Part shown: positions 27,395 to 37,622 of the stretch, piece after piece
How positions within the stretch are numbered: position 1 is the first letter of the stretch
Layout of the letters: each line of letters begins with the position of its first letter
Assembly: GCA_016699975.1 (NCBI GenBank)
Contig: CP064994.1
Location: forward strand, 65,222 to 129,221
DNA: 64,000 bases
Reading direction: 5' to 3'
DNA from: Candidatus Moraniibacteriota bacterium
Lineage (GTDB): Bacteria; Patescibacteriota; Minisyncoccia; Moranbacterales; UBA1568
Position numbers and translations under genes: made by a program
Notes under the pieces: model-generated
What the model saw: only the letters and a program-made list of their open reading frames with translations
Told to the model about the DNA's origin: nothing
Database searches by the model: none

Positions 27395-28177
27395 ATGTCC
27401 GCGCTCTTTCACAGTCTCGTCTATCAACCTATTTATAACCTGCTCGTCTTTCTCTACGACTTTGTGCCGGGAGGCGATTTCGGTATCGCTATTATTCTGG
27501 TGACCATTCTCCTCAAAACGGCGCTTTTTCCGCTGTCACAAAAGCAAATCGAATCTCAGAAGAAAATGCAAGATATTCAGCCAAAACTGAAGGATATTCA
27601 AAGAAAGCACAAAGACAATCGAGAAAAGCAGAGTCGTGCCATCATGGAGTTTTACCGAGAAAATAAGGTAAATCCTCTTTCGGGCTGTTTGCCTATTATC
27701 ATCCAGCTTATCATTCTGATTGCCATTTATCGCGTCTTGTTTAATATATCCCAGGCCGACTTCAAAGCGTCTTCCGATGTGCTTTACTCTTTCATAAAAA
27801 ATCCGGGTGATATCGGCCGCTTTTTTCTCGGGATACTTGATCTCTCAAAGCCAAGTATCTTCCTCGCTGTCACGACCGCCCTTGCCCAGTACTATCAAAT
27901 GAAAATGGTGATGGCAAACAAGGAATCAGAGAAGCCAAAAACACTGAAGACGAAACCGGATCAAAAAGAATCTACCTCTCCCGCCGAGCCCGATTTCAGT
28001 GAGATTATGATGAAGCAAATGCTCTATATCGGGCCTGCGCTTACCCTATTCTTCGGCATGACATTTCCCTCTGGACTTGCGCTCTATTGGCTCGCTTCGA
28101 CGCTCTTTATGATCGCGCAGCAATGGTATCTCCTCAAAAAGACACCGGTATCCACACGTCTCCCTGCCGCATCGTAA
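27395..28177 (+). CDS. yidC: membrane protein insertase YidC (short Gram-positive type)
   Basis: Oxa1/YidC core motifs are present (ALFPLSQKQIESQKKMQDIQPKLKDIQRKHKDN; GCLPIIIQLIILIAIYRVL). Confidence 0.85.
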   Translation: MSALFHSLVYQPIYNLLVFLYDFVPGGDFGIAIILVTILLKTALFPLSQKQIESQKKMQDIQPKLKDIQRKHKDNREKQSRAIMEFYRENKVNPLSGCLPIIIQLIILIAIYRVLFNISQADFKASSDVLYSFIKNPGDIGRFFLGILDLSKPSIFLAVTTALAQYYQMKMVMANKESEKPKTLKTKPDQKESTSPAEPDFSEIMMKQMLYIGPALTLFFGMTFPSGLALYWLASTLFMIAQQWYLLKKTPVSTRLPAAS

Positions 28178-28321
28178 AATTTTCTTCGATAAAAAGAATA
28201 TCTCTCTACGCCCCGCCACAGAAAACTGGCGGGGCGGGTCTTTTCAGGGACCGGTAAGGGGTGGTATTCTCCCAAGAAGGACGGGTTACCAATTGTCTTT
28301 TTTCTTCTCCACGAAACCCCT

Positions 28322-28816
28322 ATGAATCATACCGCCGCTCTCGACATCACACGCGCCCTCCTCGAGCAAATGGGAATTTCCGCGGAAGTCTCGCTCGAAA
28401 GTCCCTCACTTCCACTCCAGGGAGAATGTGTGTGTCATATTCGGATCGAGGAAGGATCTCACCTCCTTATCGGGCAGCGCGGACTTAATCTCGAAGCGCT
28501 CCAAACAATCGCTCGTCTCATCGTTCGCAAGAAATGTGATGGGTGGGCGAATTTTTCGGTTGATGTCAATGAATATTGGCACAAGAAAAGCGAGGGGCTG
28601 TTCCGCGAAGCACGGGAAGCCGAACAAAAAGCTCTTGCCGAAAATCTTCCCGTCTCCCTTCGGCCCATGAGCGCTTTTGAACGAAAATGTGTCCACCTCG
28701 CCCTGGCCGATTCGACCGCCGTCACGACCGAGAGTACCGGGAGCAAAGAAAGGCGGCAAGTAGTGGTAACACCTAGTTCCGTGAACCGCACTTCCGATCG
28801 GACCTCAGACGAGTAA
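28322..28816 (+). CDS. jag: Jag/KhpB RNA-binding protein (KH + R3H)
   Basis: Sits downstream of yidC and carries an R3H-like C-terminus (ERKCVHLALADSTAVTTESTGSKERRQVVVTP). Confidence 0.75.
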   Translation: MNHTAALDITRALLEQMGISAEVSLESPSLPLQGECVCHIRIEEGSHLLIGQRGLNLEALQTIARLIVRKKCDGWANFSVDVNEYWHKKSEGLFREAREAEQKALAENLPVSLRPMSAFERKCVHLALADSTAVTTESTGSKERRQVVVTPSSVNRTSDRTSDE

Positions 28817-28857
28817 CACATTCCCCTTCCTCGTTTCATTTTTGAAATCCTTGTTTC

Positions 28858-30306
28858 ATGGCGCTCGCGAGACGGATTGCTTACAATGTTGTCTTTAACT
28901 CGATTGCTAAAATCGCTTCGACCGTGCTCGCGCTCGTCGCGATTGGTTTTATCACGCGCTACCTCGGCAAAGAAGGATTTGGGGATTATGCGACCGTGCT
29001 CGCTTTCTTTTCGCTCTTTAGCTCTTTGGCCGACCTCGGGCTTTCCACCCTCCTCGCACGAGAAATCTCGCGCAAAGACGCACCGGAGCCCACTATCATA
29101 GGAAATGTCCTCGCACTTCGCCTGGGAACCTCGGCAAGTGTTTTTTTGATCGCGCTCGTCTTCATTCCCTTTCTTCCCTATGGATCTGATCTCCGTTTGG
29201 GAATAGCCCTTGCCGCCGCCTCATTCCTCGTCGCATCTTCTTCCGGAATCTTAAATGGTATTTTTCAGAAACGCCTCATCATGTTCCAGGTGGCGGCGAT
29301 AGAGCTTACCGGGAAAGTGCTTCAACTTGGTATTATCATTCTTGCGGTTTTCTTCGATTGGGGATTCATCGCCATCGTTTCGGCGCTTTTTGCCTCTCTC
29401 TTCTGGAATGCCATTTCCGTGTACATTTTCGCTCGGCGAGCCATCTCCTTTCACCTCTCTTTTGACGTTTCCTTCTGGAAATCTTTCCTTCGCGAATCAG
29501 CACCGATCGGACTCATTTCCATCGTCACGTTCACCTATTTCAAAATGGACACTATTTTCCTTTCGGTTTTACAAGGAAGTGCCGATGTCGGTATCTATAA
29601 CGCCGCGTACAAGATTATCGAAAATCTCACCTTTTTCCCCGCAATGATCGCCGGTCTCGTTCTTCCGCTCTTCTCTCGATACATTCTTCAGGAACCAGAA
29701 AAGTTTCGGATAGTAGCCGATAAGACCTTTAAAGTGTTCGTCGCTTTTGCTGCCCCCCTCTCCATTGGAGGATTTTTTCTCGCTGAAGATCTCGCGCGAC
29801 TTATCGGAGGCTCGGAATTCGTTGAGTCTGCGGCGCCGCTTCGCTTTCTCATATTCGCGCTCGGGGCCATTTTCTTTGGGAATTTTTTTAATGCCATTCT
29901 CATCGCAGGAAACAAGCAAAAATATCTTCTCATTGTCCTCTCCGGCGTCGCGCTCATAAATATCGCAGCAAACCTCGTGTTGATTCCACAATTTTCTTAT
30001 ATGGCGGCCGCATTTACTTCGCTCGGTACGGAAAGTCTCGTGGCATTCGCGACCGCCTTTCTTGCCTCGAAACTCCTCGGATATCGCCCTTCATTCGAAG
30101 GTATCATTGGAATACTTTTTTCCGCATTCTTGATGGGCAGCATCCTCTTTTTCTTTCAGAATCTCCCCTTTCCTTTGCTGCTCCTCTTTGGAATAGTCTC
30201 CTATCTCCTCTCCCTCTCACTGACCGGTTCAATTACCAAAAATGAACTCGAACTTCTCTTTTCCCGATCATCCTCTTCGAAAGAAGCATCTCTCCTCGAG
30301 AACTAA
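28858..30306 (+). CDS. polysaccharide biosynthesis protein / Wzx-type flippase (MOP superfamily)
   Basis: About 12-14 TM helices and an N-terminal pattern (IAYNVVFNSIAKIASTVLALVAIGFITRYLGKEGFGDY) typical of Wzx/PST family proteins. Confidence 0.75.
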   Translation: MALARRIAYNVVFNSIAKIASTVLALVAIGFITRYLGKEGFGDYATVLAFFSLFSSLADLGLSTLLAREISRKDAPEPTIIGNVLALRLGTSASVFLIALVFIPFLPYGSDLRLGIALAAASFLVASSSGILNGIFQKRLIMFQVAAIELTGKVLQLGIIILAVFFDWGFIAIVSALFASLFWNAISVYIFARRAISFHLSFDVSFWKSFLRESAPIGLISIVTFTYFKMDTIFLSVLQGSADVGIYNAAYKIIENLTFFPAMIAGLVLPLFSRYILQEPEKFRIVADKTFKVFVAFAAPLSIGGFFLAEDLARLIGGSEFVESAAPLRFLIFALGAIFFGNFFNAILIAGNKQKYLLIVLSGVALINIAANLVLIPQFSYMAAAFTSLGTESLVAFATAFLASKLLGYRPSFEGIIGILFSAFLMGSILFFFQNLPFPLLLLFGIVSYLLSLSLTGSITKNELELLFSRSSSSKEASLLEN

Positions 30307-30342
30307 GGAGAAACAACGAAGACTCATCCTCTCCGAACGCTC

Positions 30343-31200
30343 ATGAATGTTCCTCCTCTTGTTTTCATCGTGATCCTGAACTATAACGCTCGTGCGACAA
30401 TTTTCGACTGCCTGAAGTCAGTGCTCGGGCTCGAAGCGGCACGATTCGAAGTCCTGGTCGTTGATAATTTCTCGACAGACGGTTCGTTCGACGAACTCTC
30501 GAAACGGTTTCCCAAGATCCATACCCTCCAAAACGGTGAAAATGGGGGATTTGCGCGCGGCGTAAATTCTGGGATCCGCGCCGCTCTTCAGAAAGGCGCC
30601 GATTTCATCTGGCTTCTGAACCCAGACACCCTTGTTCAAAAAGACGCTCTCTTTCGCCTTCTCGAGTTCGCGACAAAGTATCCGGACGTTGGCTTAGTAT
30701 CGCCCCTTCTTCTCTCACCCGAAACAAACACTGTATGGTTCGGGGGGGGCACGTACCAGTTTATTCGACAGCGAGTTGTCCATACTCCCCCCACAAGAAA
30801 ACGAGGCGCATACGAAACCGACTTCATTTCGGGCTGCGCTCCGCTCATTCACAAAGAGGTCTTCCGAAAAATCGGGCTCTTCGACGAAACCTTCTTCCTC
30901 TACTATGAAGATGCTGATTTTTCCCTTCGAGCCAAAAAAGCAGGATTTCGACTCATAGTACTTCCGGAAGCTCTTGTGTTTCACTCCGAAGCAAGCACTA
31001 CTCGACCAGAAAAACTTTTTTTTCTCGTCCGTTCCGGTCTCTTCTTTTTTTGGAAACATACACCGCTCTTTCTTCGTCCGCTTTTTTGGCTCATTATTTT
31101 TTCTTCGCTTCGCCCGAGTTTCTTTCCGGAGCGTACTTTCTCGCAAGAATCAAGAGAAGGACGATTCCCTAAAACGCGCCTTCCGAGAATTTCTCTATGA
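30343..31200 (+). CDS. family 2 glycosyltransferase
   Basis: FIVILNYN...VVDN.STDGS is followed by the DxD-type region and YEDADFSLRAKKAGFRL. Confidence 0.8.
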   Translation: MNVPPLVFIVILNYNARATIFDCLKSVLGLEAARFEVLVVDNFSTDGSFDELSKRFPKIHTLQNGENGGFARGVNSGIRAALQKGADFIWLLNPDTLVQKDALFRLLEFATKYPDVGLVSPLLLSPETNTVWFGGGTYQFIRQRVVHTPPTRKRGAYETDFISGCAPLIHKEVFRKIGLFDETFFLYYEDADFSLRAKKAGFRLIVLPEALVFHSEASTTRPEKLFFLVRSGLFFFWKHTPLFLRPLFWLIIFSSLRPSFFPERTFSQESREGRFPKTRLPRISL

Positions 31201-31997
31201 ATAAAGATTCTCCTGATATTTCCTTTCTCATTGTCAATTACCGAAGTGCCTCGCGCTTACCGGCTTGCTTTTCTTCTCTGAAAAATCTGGCGTTGCCGCT
31301 TTCCTTCGAGTGTATTGTTGCAAACAATGACCCTTCGGAAGAAAATGCCCTTCAGGATCTCCAAAAAGATTTTTCGTTTGATCTCCTACCGCTTTCCAAA
31401 AATCGCGGGTTCGGCCGAGCCGTCAACATGGCAGCGAGACGATCTCGGGGGACAGTTCTCTTCCTCTTAAATCCCGATGCCCGCTTTCTTTCGGGAAACA
31501 TGACGGAGCTGGTTCGCTGCTTCGAAAAGAATCCGTCGCTCGGAGCAGTCGGCATGCAACTTCTCGAAGAGAGGGATCGTCCTCAACCATGGAGTTTCGG
31601 CTCTCCGGTTACGCTCCTTCGAATCGCAAGAAATCATCTCAGTCGACCTCAAGAAATTTTACGAGAAACCCCGGAACACTTCGTTGAAACGTCCTGGGTA
31701 AGCGGAGCCGCACTCGCGATCCCACGCTCACTATTTTTTCGAATTCAGGGTTTCGACGAGCGGTTCTTCCTCTATTTCGAAGATATCGATCTGTGTACCC
31801 GCGTACAAATGCTCGGGAAAAAAGTGGGTCTCTTCCCATCGGCGCGAGTTCTTCATGTCGGAGGAGCAAGCATGCCCAAAAAGCGACTGCAAAAAAAATG
31901 GTACTACCGTTCCCAGGATTTCTATTTTCAAAAGCACCGTCCTCCATACGAACAATTTCTCCTCAAAATTCTCCGAAAATGCTTCGGGAAATACTGA
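31197..31997 (+). CDS. family 2 glycosyltransferase
   Basis: FLIVNYRS...NNDPSEEN, GFGRAVN and FFLYFEDIDLCTRVQMLGKKV are present. Its start overlaps the previous gene. Confidence 0.8.
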   Translation: MNKDSPDISFLIVNYRSASRLPACFSSLKNLALPLSFECIVANNDPSEENALQDLQKDFSFDLLPLSKNRGFGRAVNMAARRSRGTVLFLLNPDARFLSGNMTELVRCFEKNPSLGAVGMQLLEERDRPQPWSFGSPVTLLRIARNHLSRPQEILRETPEHFVETSWVSGAALAIPRSLFFRIQGFDERFFLYFEDIDLCTRVQMLGKKVGLFPSARVLHVGGASMPKKRLQKKWYYRSQDFYFQKHRPPYEQFLLKILRKCFGKY

Positions 31998-32101
31998 ACC
32001 GTTCCGCGAAAATTTTTGAAACATTTTCCGCTTCCAATAGAAAGGCTGAGAGAAAGAGAGGAAAAGAGGTGTTTCTCAATCGAGACTGTAAGGCGCTTCA
32101 T

Positions 32102-33481
32102 ATGGCTCTTCCGCAGGAAAAAAATGTTGTTTCTGATTCACACAGATACTCTCATCCTTTTGGGTTCACGGAGATCTTCTTTCTGATTTTCTGCGCCACA
32201 CTGCCATTTCAGTTTGCGATCAACCCCACTTCCACAATAGATCTTCATCTTTCTCGTCTTTTCATTCCGATTCTTTTTCTCGTGTGGGCAGGAAACTCGC
32301 TCCTCCGACGATCTTTTTTTCTTCCGCTCACGAAAGAGACATTGCTCTTGTCCCTCTTTCTCTTTCTGTCGGCATTTTCTCTTCTCTTTACCGAACAAAG
32401 AGAATGGGGAATGAGAAAACTTTTTTTTCTTCTTTCATTTTTCCCTCTTTTCTTGGTAGCAACAGCGCTCTTTCGGAACGTCTCTTTTTTGACACGAGCG
32501 TTTTCTCTCCTTTTTTGGGGAGGCGCACTCTCCGCAATCGCAGGAATAGTGCAGAGCATGCTTCCTTTTTTTCTTGGTCTTGATCCCACCCTTTCTTTGT
32601 GGCATCGATTTCTACTTCCATTTTTCTCGGGAAGAGCCTCCGCAGAAACAATTTCGAACTTCTCGAGTATGGTCGTGAATGTTGGAGGATTCAATTTTCT
32701 GCGGGCGAGCGCCTTCTTTCCGGATCCGCATATCGCTGCTTTCTTCTGGGGCATGCTTCTCCCCTTCGGCGTTCTTTTTACCTTTCATTCCCGAGGACGG
32801 CAGCGAGTTTTTTTCGCGATGGGAACGCTTGCGCTCATTCTTGCCGATCTCCTGACTTTCTCTCGCGGAGGACTCTTCGCGCTTCTTGGCACATTTCTGA
32901 TCTTTTTCTTCATTTCACTTCCTCTTCTCTTCCGAAAATATTCCGTTCTCGTTTTCCTCATTCTCTTTCTCGGAGGAATTTTTTTGCTTGTTCCAAATCC
33001 CTTTTCTCTCCGACTTTTCTCGAGTATAAATGAGAGCGATCACTCTGTTTCCGGAAGAATTGCCATCTTTCACGAAGCACTCGATATCGTACGGGAACAC
33101 CCTATTCTCGGGGTAGGGCTCGGCAACTACTCGAATACGGTGAAGCCATCGGCCGACTATCGAGAGCCGCGCTACGCGCACAACCTTTTTCTCGATATTT
33201 CCGCAGAAACAGGTCTTCCGACCGGTATCATTTTTTTCACGTTCCTCTTTTTTCTCTTAAAAACTTTCTTTTCCCGTGAAGCACATCCGATTCTTCGTGC
33301 TTCTGGATATTCTCTTCTTCTCTTTTCGCTCCATGCTCTCTTTGAAACGCCTCTCTATTCGGTTCATATCCTGCCATTCCTCATCCTTCTCATGGCAGTC
33401 AGCTCTGCAAGATTCTCTTTCCACTCTATCACAACCCCACAAAGCAAAGACTCTTCTTACTCTCTTCCAAACGTACCGTGA
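32102..33481 (+). CDS. O-antigen ligase/polymerase family (Wzy_C) membrane protein
   Basis: Multi-pass membrane protein with a Wzy_C-like loop (RASAFFPDPHIAAFFWGMLLPF...LTFSRGGLFALLGTFLIFF; HNLFLDISAETG). The start is uncertain; the ORF opens at 31793. Confidence 0.65.
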   Translation: MALPQEKNVVSDSHRYSHPFGFTEIFFLIFCATLPFQFAINPTSTIDLHLSRLFIPILFLVWAGNSLLRRSFFLPLTKETLLLSLFLFLSAFSLLFTEQREWGMRKLFFLLSFFPLFLVATALFRNVSFLTRAFSLLFWGGALSAIAGIVQSMLPFFLGLDPTLSLWHRFLLPFFSGRASAETISNFSSMVVNVGGFNFLRASAFFPDPHIAAFFWGMLLPFGVLFTFHSRGRQRVFFAMGTLALILADLLTFSRGGLFALLGTFLIFFFISLPLLFRKYSVLVFLILFLGGIFLLVPNPFSLRLFSSINESDHSVSGRIAIFHEALDIVREHPILGVGLGNYSNTVKPSADYREPRYAHNLFLDISAETGLPTGIIFFTFLFFLLKTFFSREAHPILRASGYSLLLFSLHALFETPLYSVHILPFLILLMAVSSARFSFHSITTPQSKDSSYSLPNVP

Positions 33482-33537
33482 AATCCCTTTCCAGGAAATA
33501 CGGGCAAATAAGAAAAGCCAACCCTTGTCTCAAGAAA

Positions 33538-34845
33538 ATGAACATGGATACATTAAGACTCTTCCTTCTCCTTGTTTCGTTCTCCCTTCTCCCTTTTGAA
33601 AATCTGCGGGGAACTATTTTTGACATTCCGCTTTTTGCGAGCGAGGGAGCAACACTCCTTCTCGTTCTTGCAATTCTCCCTCTTTTCTTTGGAGAAAAAA
33701 GGTGGTTTCGTTTCAAAACGCCATTTTTTCTCGAAAATATTTGGCTCCAAAAATGGTTTTTTCTGGGTCTTCTCTGTCTTCTTCTCGGCGTCATCACTTC
33801 TTTGGTGCGAGGAATGATGCCCGATGCGCTCTGCCCGCTTGAGGCGACACGGACGCGTCACGGACTCGGTATTCTTCTCTCATGGTTCCTCTTTCCTCTC
33901 ATTTTAGGGTATAGCGCCTTCATTCTTGCACAGCGCCACTCCAAAGCGACCGTACTTTTTTTACTTTCTCTTTCTTTCATCCCCCTCTTGATTTTCTTAC
34001 TCTCAATCTGGATCTCGGGAGGCGGGTTTACGTATGATCAGCGGTTCCAAGGGCACATGAACTCTCCAAATGTTCTTGCGATGTATCTGGTTCCCGCAGC
34101 ACTTCTTTTTTGGTATTTCTTTCGACGACGCGGAGAGCTCTTCTCCGCAAAAAATTCTCTTCCACATATTCGTCATTTATTTTTTGCACTCTTTTTCTTG
34201 TCTGTTTTTTTTCTCATTTCGACTCGATCTTTTTCCGGAAGTATCAGCTTTTTCGGCGCCTTCTTGTTTTTTGAATATTCCCTCCTCACACGTCGAATTC
34301 GAATACCACTTCTTCTCGCCGGCATCTTCACCTTGCTTCTTGCAGGGAGTATTTTCTTACATGAACGCTTCGACAACCAATCATTTTTCGATCCAAATTC
34401 ACGATCTTCCTTTGCTTCTCGCGTGATGATTTGGAAAGCTGCCGGACTCATGATAGCCGAAAGTCCGGTTTTTGGTATTGGACCGGGAAATTTCGGTCCT
34501 TGCTACCTTTCTCACCAGCGTTTCTTTCCGCCATACCTTGAATGGTCAGCTCCCGAGCCGCACAATCTCTTCCTTGCCTTCTGGCTGGGGAGCGGTATCC
34601 TTGGAACTTTCGGGTTTTTTTCCCTTCTCCTCCTCTGGTTGTTCGCGCTTTATCCAAAAAGAGAAGAGAAGAGCAAAATAGCACTTCTCTTTCTGGCGAT
34701 TGTCATCGCACTCCTTCTTCACGGCCTTTTCGATACTCCCTATTGGCGCGCTGGACTCGCAGGCATTTTTTGGACGGTGTTTTTTCTCGGCCTACAGCTT
34801 TTGGAACGCAAATCTGAGGCATCTCTCCAAAGAAGAGAAAGCTGA
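33538..34845 (+). CDS. second O-antigen ligase-family membrane protein (paralog)
   Basis: Multi-pass membrane protein with a similar PEPHNLFLAFWLGSGILG loop pattern. Start taken at MNMDTL. Confidence 0.55.
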   Translation: MNMDTLRLFLLLVSFSLLPFENLRGTIFDIPLFASEGATLLLVLAILPLFFGEKRWFRFKTPFFLENIWLQKWFFLGLLCLLLGVITSLVRGMMPDALCPLEATRTRHGLGILLSWFLFPLILGYSAFILAQRHSKATVLFLLSLSFIPLLIFLLSIWISGGGFTYDQRFQGHMNSPNVLAMYLVPAALLFWYFFRRRGELFSAKNSLPHIRHLFFALFFLSVFFLISTRSFSGSISFFGAFLFFEYSLLTRRIRIPLLLAGIFTLLLAGSIFLHERFDNQSFFDPNSRSSFASRVMIWKAAGLMIAESPVFGIGPGNFGPCYLSHQRFFPPYLEWSAPEPHNLFLAFWLGSGILGTFGFFSLLLLWLFALYPKREEKSKIALLFLAIVIALLLHGLFDTPYWRAGLAGIFWTVFFLGLQLLERKSEASLQRRES

Positions 34846-35153
34846 AATTCACCCTTCCTTTTCGCCGCTGGAAAGAAGGGCTCCGAACCAAAAACGAAAG
34901 ATTCTTGAAAATTTTTGGATCGAAAGAGGTTCAGGGCGTCACAAACGAGAAAGACTCGTCTCGAAAGGAGGCGCGAAGGAACTACAAAAGTTTTTTGAGC
35001 AAAAACTTGAAGAAAATGGGGAGCAAAGTAACACTTTTCAAAATCAGTCTATAAAGAATTCCCAGAAGGAGTTTTGACCTCCTACAAAGAGACCCTTCAC
35101 AAGTATGGGTAATTCCCGGCAAAGCGAGGGCTTCACGCTCTCAGCTCTCGTCT

Positions 35154-36299
35154 TCACAAAGAGAGACTCACTCGGTAGAGCTTTCCGTCTCTTCTGTTTC
35201 TGAAAAAAAGTGATGTTTCTTCGGCATCGATCATGAGAGACTCCGCGTCGAAGCTCTGTGTAATATCTTTCGTATCGACAACACGAGATTTCTCACCCGT
35301 TTCTACATCCACTTTCCAAAAAGTATCCGCGGTCAAAATGGGTTTCTCGTAATAGTCGTTGGGAAGAATACTTCCTTGGGGGAGGGTCCCCGGAAGCGCA
35401 TAGTAAACAAATCGTCCATTTCGAGACCAGACTGCCTTTCCTACCAAAGAAGGAATGAAAAGATTCCGATAATTACTCCCATCCAAATCAATAAGGCCGA
35501 GCGTCAGCACTGTTCCTTCGGATTGCGTGACACCACTCACGAGAGTCTCCCCACCACGAGGAGAAAATAAGTAGTCGGTACCATACATGCCGGAAAACAC
35601 TTCTGTCGGTTCCGTCGCCAGGGCCGAAAACACGTGGAGACTGGTCTTCTCAAATGCGTTCGGCGCATTCCAAAAAGCGATACGCGCGCTCTGCGGCACA
35701 GCACTTATCGTCAAGCGGTCGAAGGGAGTCGTTCCGATTTTCTCCCAACCGGTTCCGTCTGGAGCAGCAATATTCACGGTGCGCTCGCCTGTTCCTAAGT
35801 CGGTATAATGGTAAATGATGCGGTCTCCAAGCGTTGTCCAGGCGGGAAATTCTATTCCCTCAGGAAGGGGGAGAAGCTCTTTCGATTCCCGAACAAGCAA
35901 GAACCATTCGGAAGGTTCCTTTTCCACAAGCGCCTTATCGCGAGCATTCGACCATACAATTCCACGTGGCGGAAAGGGAAACTCTATGAGAGTTTTTACT
36001 GTTTCTTCAAGAAGAAATCTTTGTTTCACCGCACGCTCATCTTTCGACACATACAAAACCGAACGACTATCGGCGTCGAGAACCGGCAGAGTCACTTCTT
36101 GTTCGGTGAGTGCGGTAATTTTTTCGATACTCTCTTTCTTTGTCGGTCCTTCATCTTTCCCAAATTCCACTCGAGTATTCGATCCTCCGGAAGACACCTT
36201 TCCTTCGAAAGGGTTGTTCTTGAAGAAAAAGTTGTAAATGAGAAAGAAAACAAGAAAAACAAAAAAAAGAGACGTAAGAACAATGAAGAACTTCTTCAT
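35154..36299 (-). CDS. membrane-anchored secreted protein, beta-propeller (TolB/WD40-like) repeats
   Basis: An N-terminal TM anchor is followed by repetitive beta-strand motifs (DGKLYRVSLS type). It is the first gene of the T4SS-like minus-strand cluster. Confidence 0.55.
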   Translation of the reverse strand: MKKFFIVLTSLFFVFLVFFLIYNFFFKNNPFEGKVSSGGSNTRVEFGKDEGPTKKESIEKITALTEQEVTLPVLDADSRSVLYVSKDERAVKQRFLLEETVKTLIEFPFPPRGIVWSNARDKALVEKEPSEWFLLVRESKELLPLPEGIEFPAWTTLGDRIIYHYTDLGTGERTVNIAAPDGTGWEKIGTTPFDRLTISAVPQSARIAFWNAPNAFEKTSLHVFSALATEPTEVFSGMYGTDYLFSPRGGETLVSGVTQSEGTVLTLGLIDLDGSNYRNLFIPSLVGKAVWSRNGRFVYYALPGTLPQGSILPNDYYEKPILTADTFWKVDVETGEKSRVVDTKDITQSFDAESLMIDAEETSLFFRNRRDGKLYRVSLSL

Positions 36300-36302
36300 A
36301 GA

Positions 36303-37622
36303 TCAACTATGACCATCGCAGCTACACCCAGAAACACTTATGTGTACGTGATTACCCTCGTCATTGACGAAAGGAACGCCACAAGCGCGAGCAGCCGACT
36401 TGATAGATTCCTTCGATGCTGCACTCCCCCTTGTCGATATATCAGCGGCACATGACTTCGGATTCTTTTTCGATCCACCATAATGGCAGGAATTCTTCGT
36501 ATGCGCACAGGCTGCATCACTAAAGTTATTCTGGCAACGACTGAATCCGGCACTATCTGAAATACTCGAGATTTGCATTTTTCCACTTCCAACTTTATCC
36601 GTCATACACTTTAGTGCATCAAGCAGTGGTTGCGATGCATCGCTACTACATTGATTTTGTATACCTGATTGCCATGTTACATCAAGAGCACAGCTTCCTG
36701 ACCCTGCTGGAGGAATCGACCCGATTGGCGAAGAAGATGCGCCTCCATCAACCGCCGCCACAGAAAGTCCACTCAACTTGAGCTTGGTAAGATCGGGATT
36801 GATGGTATCTAAGATAAGCCACGAGATGAGTGCAATAATAAGGCCAATAAGCGCACCATAGATGGTTTTCTTGGCAGTTCCCAGAAGATGTGTATTCCCG
36901 GCACTCGAGAGGTAGAGAAACCCTCCCACGATAAGCATGAAGAGCGCGGAAAGAGCAACCACCCACAAAGCGAAGAGGTAGAGATTTTTAAAATACGTAT
37001 CGAAATTTCCATTTGCATTTTCAAATCCTGGAAGGTTTTCGAGGGGAGTATATTGTAAAGAGGATGCTTTTCCAGAATCGGGAGATAAGTTATTTGTCGT
37101 TGACAATTTACAACAACTTTGAACTGCTTCTGAAGTAGAGCTCTTGCATTCTCCAATCTTTGTACCAGTCGTACATCCAGAGTTTACTGCCCCTGAATCA
37201 AGAGCGCAGATTCCTCCTGCCGCTTTACAAGAAGTATCATCATCGGGGACAGAGCCCGGTGCCATACAGCACATTAAACTTGACCCTCCAGAAATATTTG
37301 AGCTGCACTGTCCAAGAGCACTTTCGCCAAAGGAGCAGCCATTATTATTTTGAGTATACTGACGGCAGATACCACTTTCGTTTTGACCACACTTATCACC
37401 AACATTATAGACCTTCTGACAACAGCTTGAATTCACCGAATCATCACTGCAATTCCCTATTCGAGTTTTCCCATTCGAACACACTGCCTCACAAGAAGCC
37501 GTTTTATCTCCATAAGTTAAGCAGTCCGATCTTGTTTCAGGAGCTGCCCCTACCACAAAAGGACTAAGAAGAAAAACCCAAAGAAAGCTTCTGAAAAAAT
37601 AATGTGGAAAGAGAAATCTCAT
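36303..37622 (-). CDS. Cys-rich secreted/membrane protein with internal pilin-like (VirB2/TrbC-like) two-helix hairpin
   Basis: A signal peptide is followed by an extracellular region with more than 20 Cys. The central hydrophobic pair LYLFALWVVALSALFMLIVGGFLYL ... TIYGALIGLIIALISWLIL is separated by a short polar loop. A Cys-rich C-terminal region follows. Confidence 0.55.
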   Translation of the reverse strand: MRFLFPHYFFRSFLWVFLLSPFVVGAAPETRSDCLTYGDKTASCEAVCSNGKTRIGNCSDDSVNSSCCQKVYNVGDKCGQNESGICRQYTQNNNGCSFGESALGQCSSNISGGSSLMCCMAPGSVPDDDTSCKAAGGICALDSGAVNSGCTTGTKIGECKSSTSEAVQSCCKLSTTNNLSPDSGKASSLQYTPLENLPGFENANGNFDTYFKNLYLFALWVVALSALFMLIVGGFLYLSSAGNTHLLGTAKKTIYGALIGLIIALISWLILDTINPDLTKLKLSGLSVAAVDGGASSSPIGSIPPAGSGSCALDVTWQSGIQNQCSSDASQPLLDALKCMTDKVGSGKMQISSISDSAGFSRCQNNFSDAACAHTKNSCHYGGSKKNPKSCAADISTRGSAASKESIKSAARACGVPFVNDEGNHVHISVSGCSCDGHS

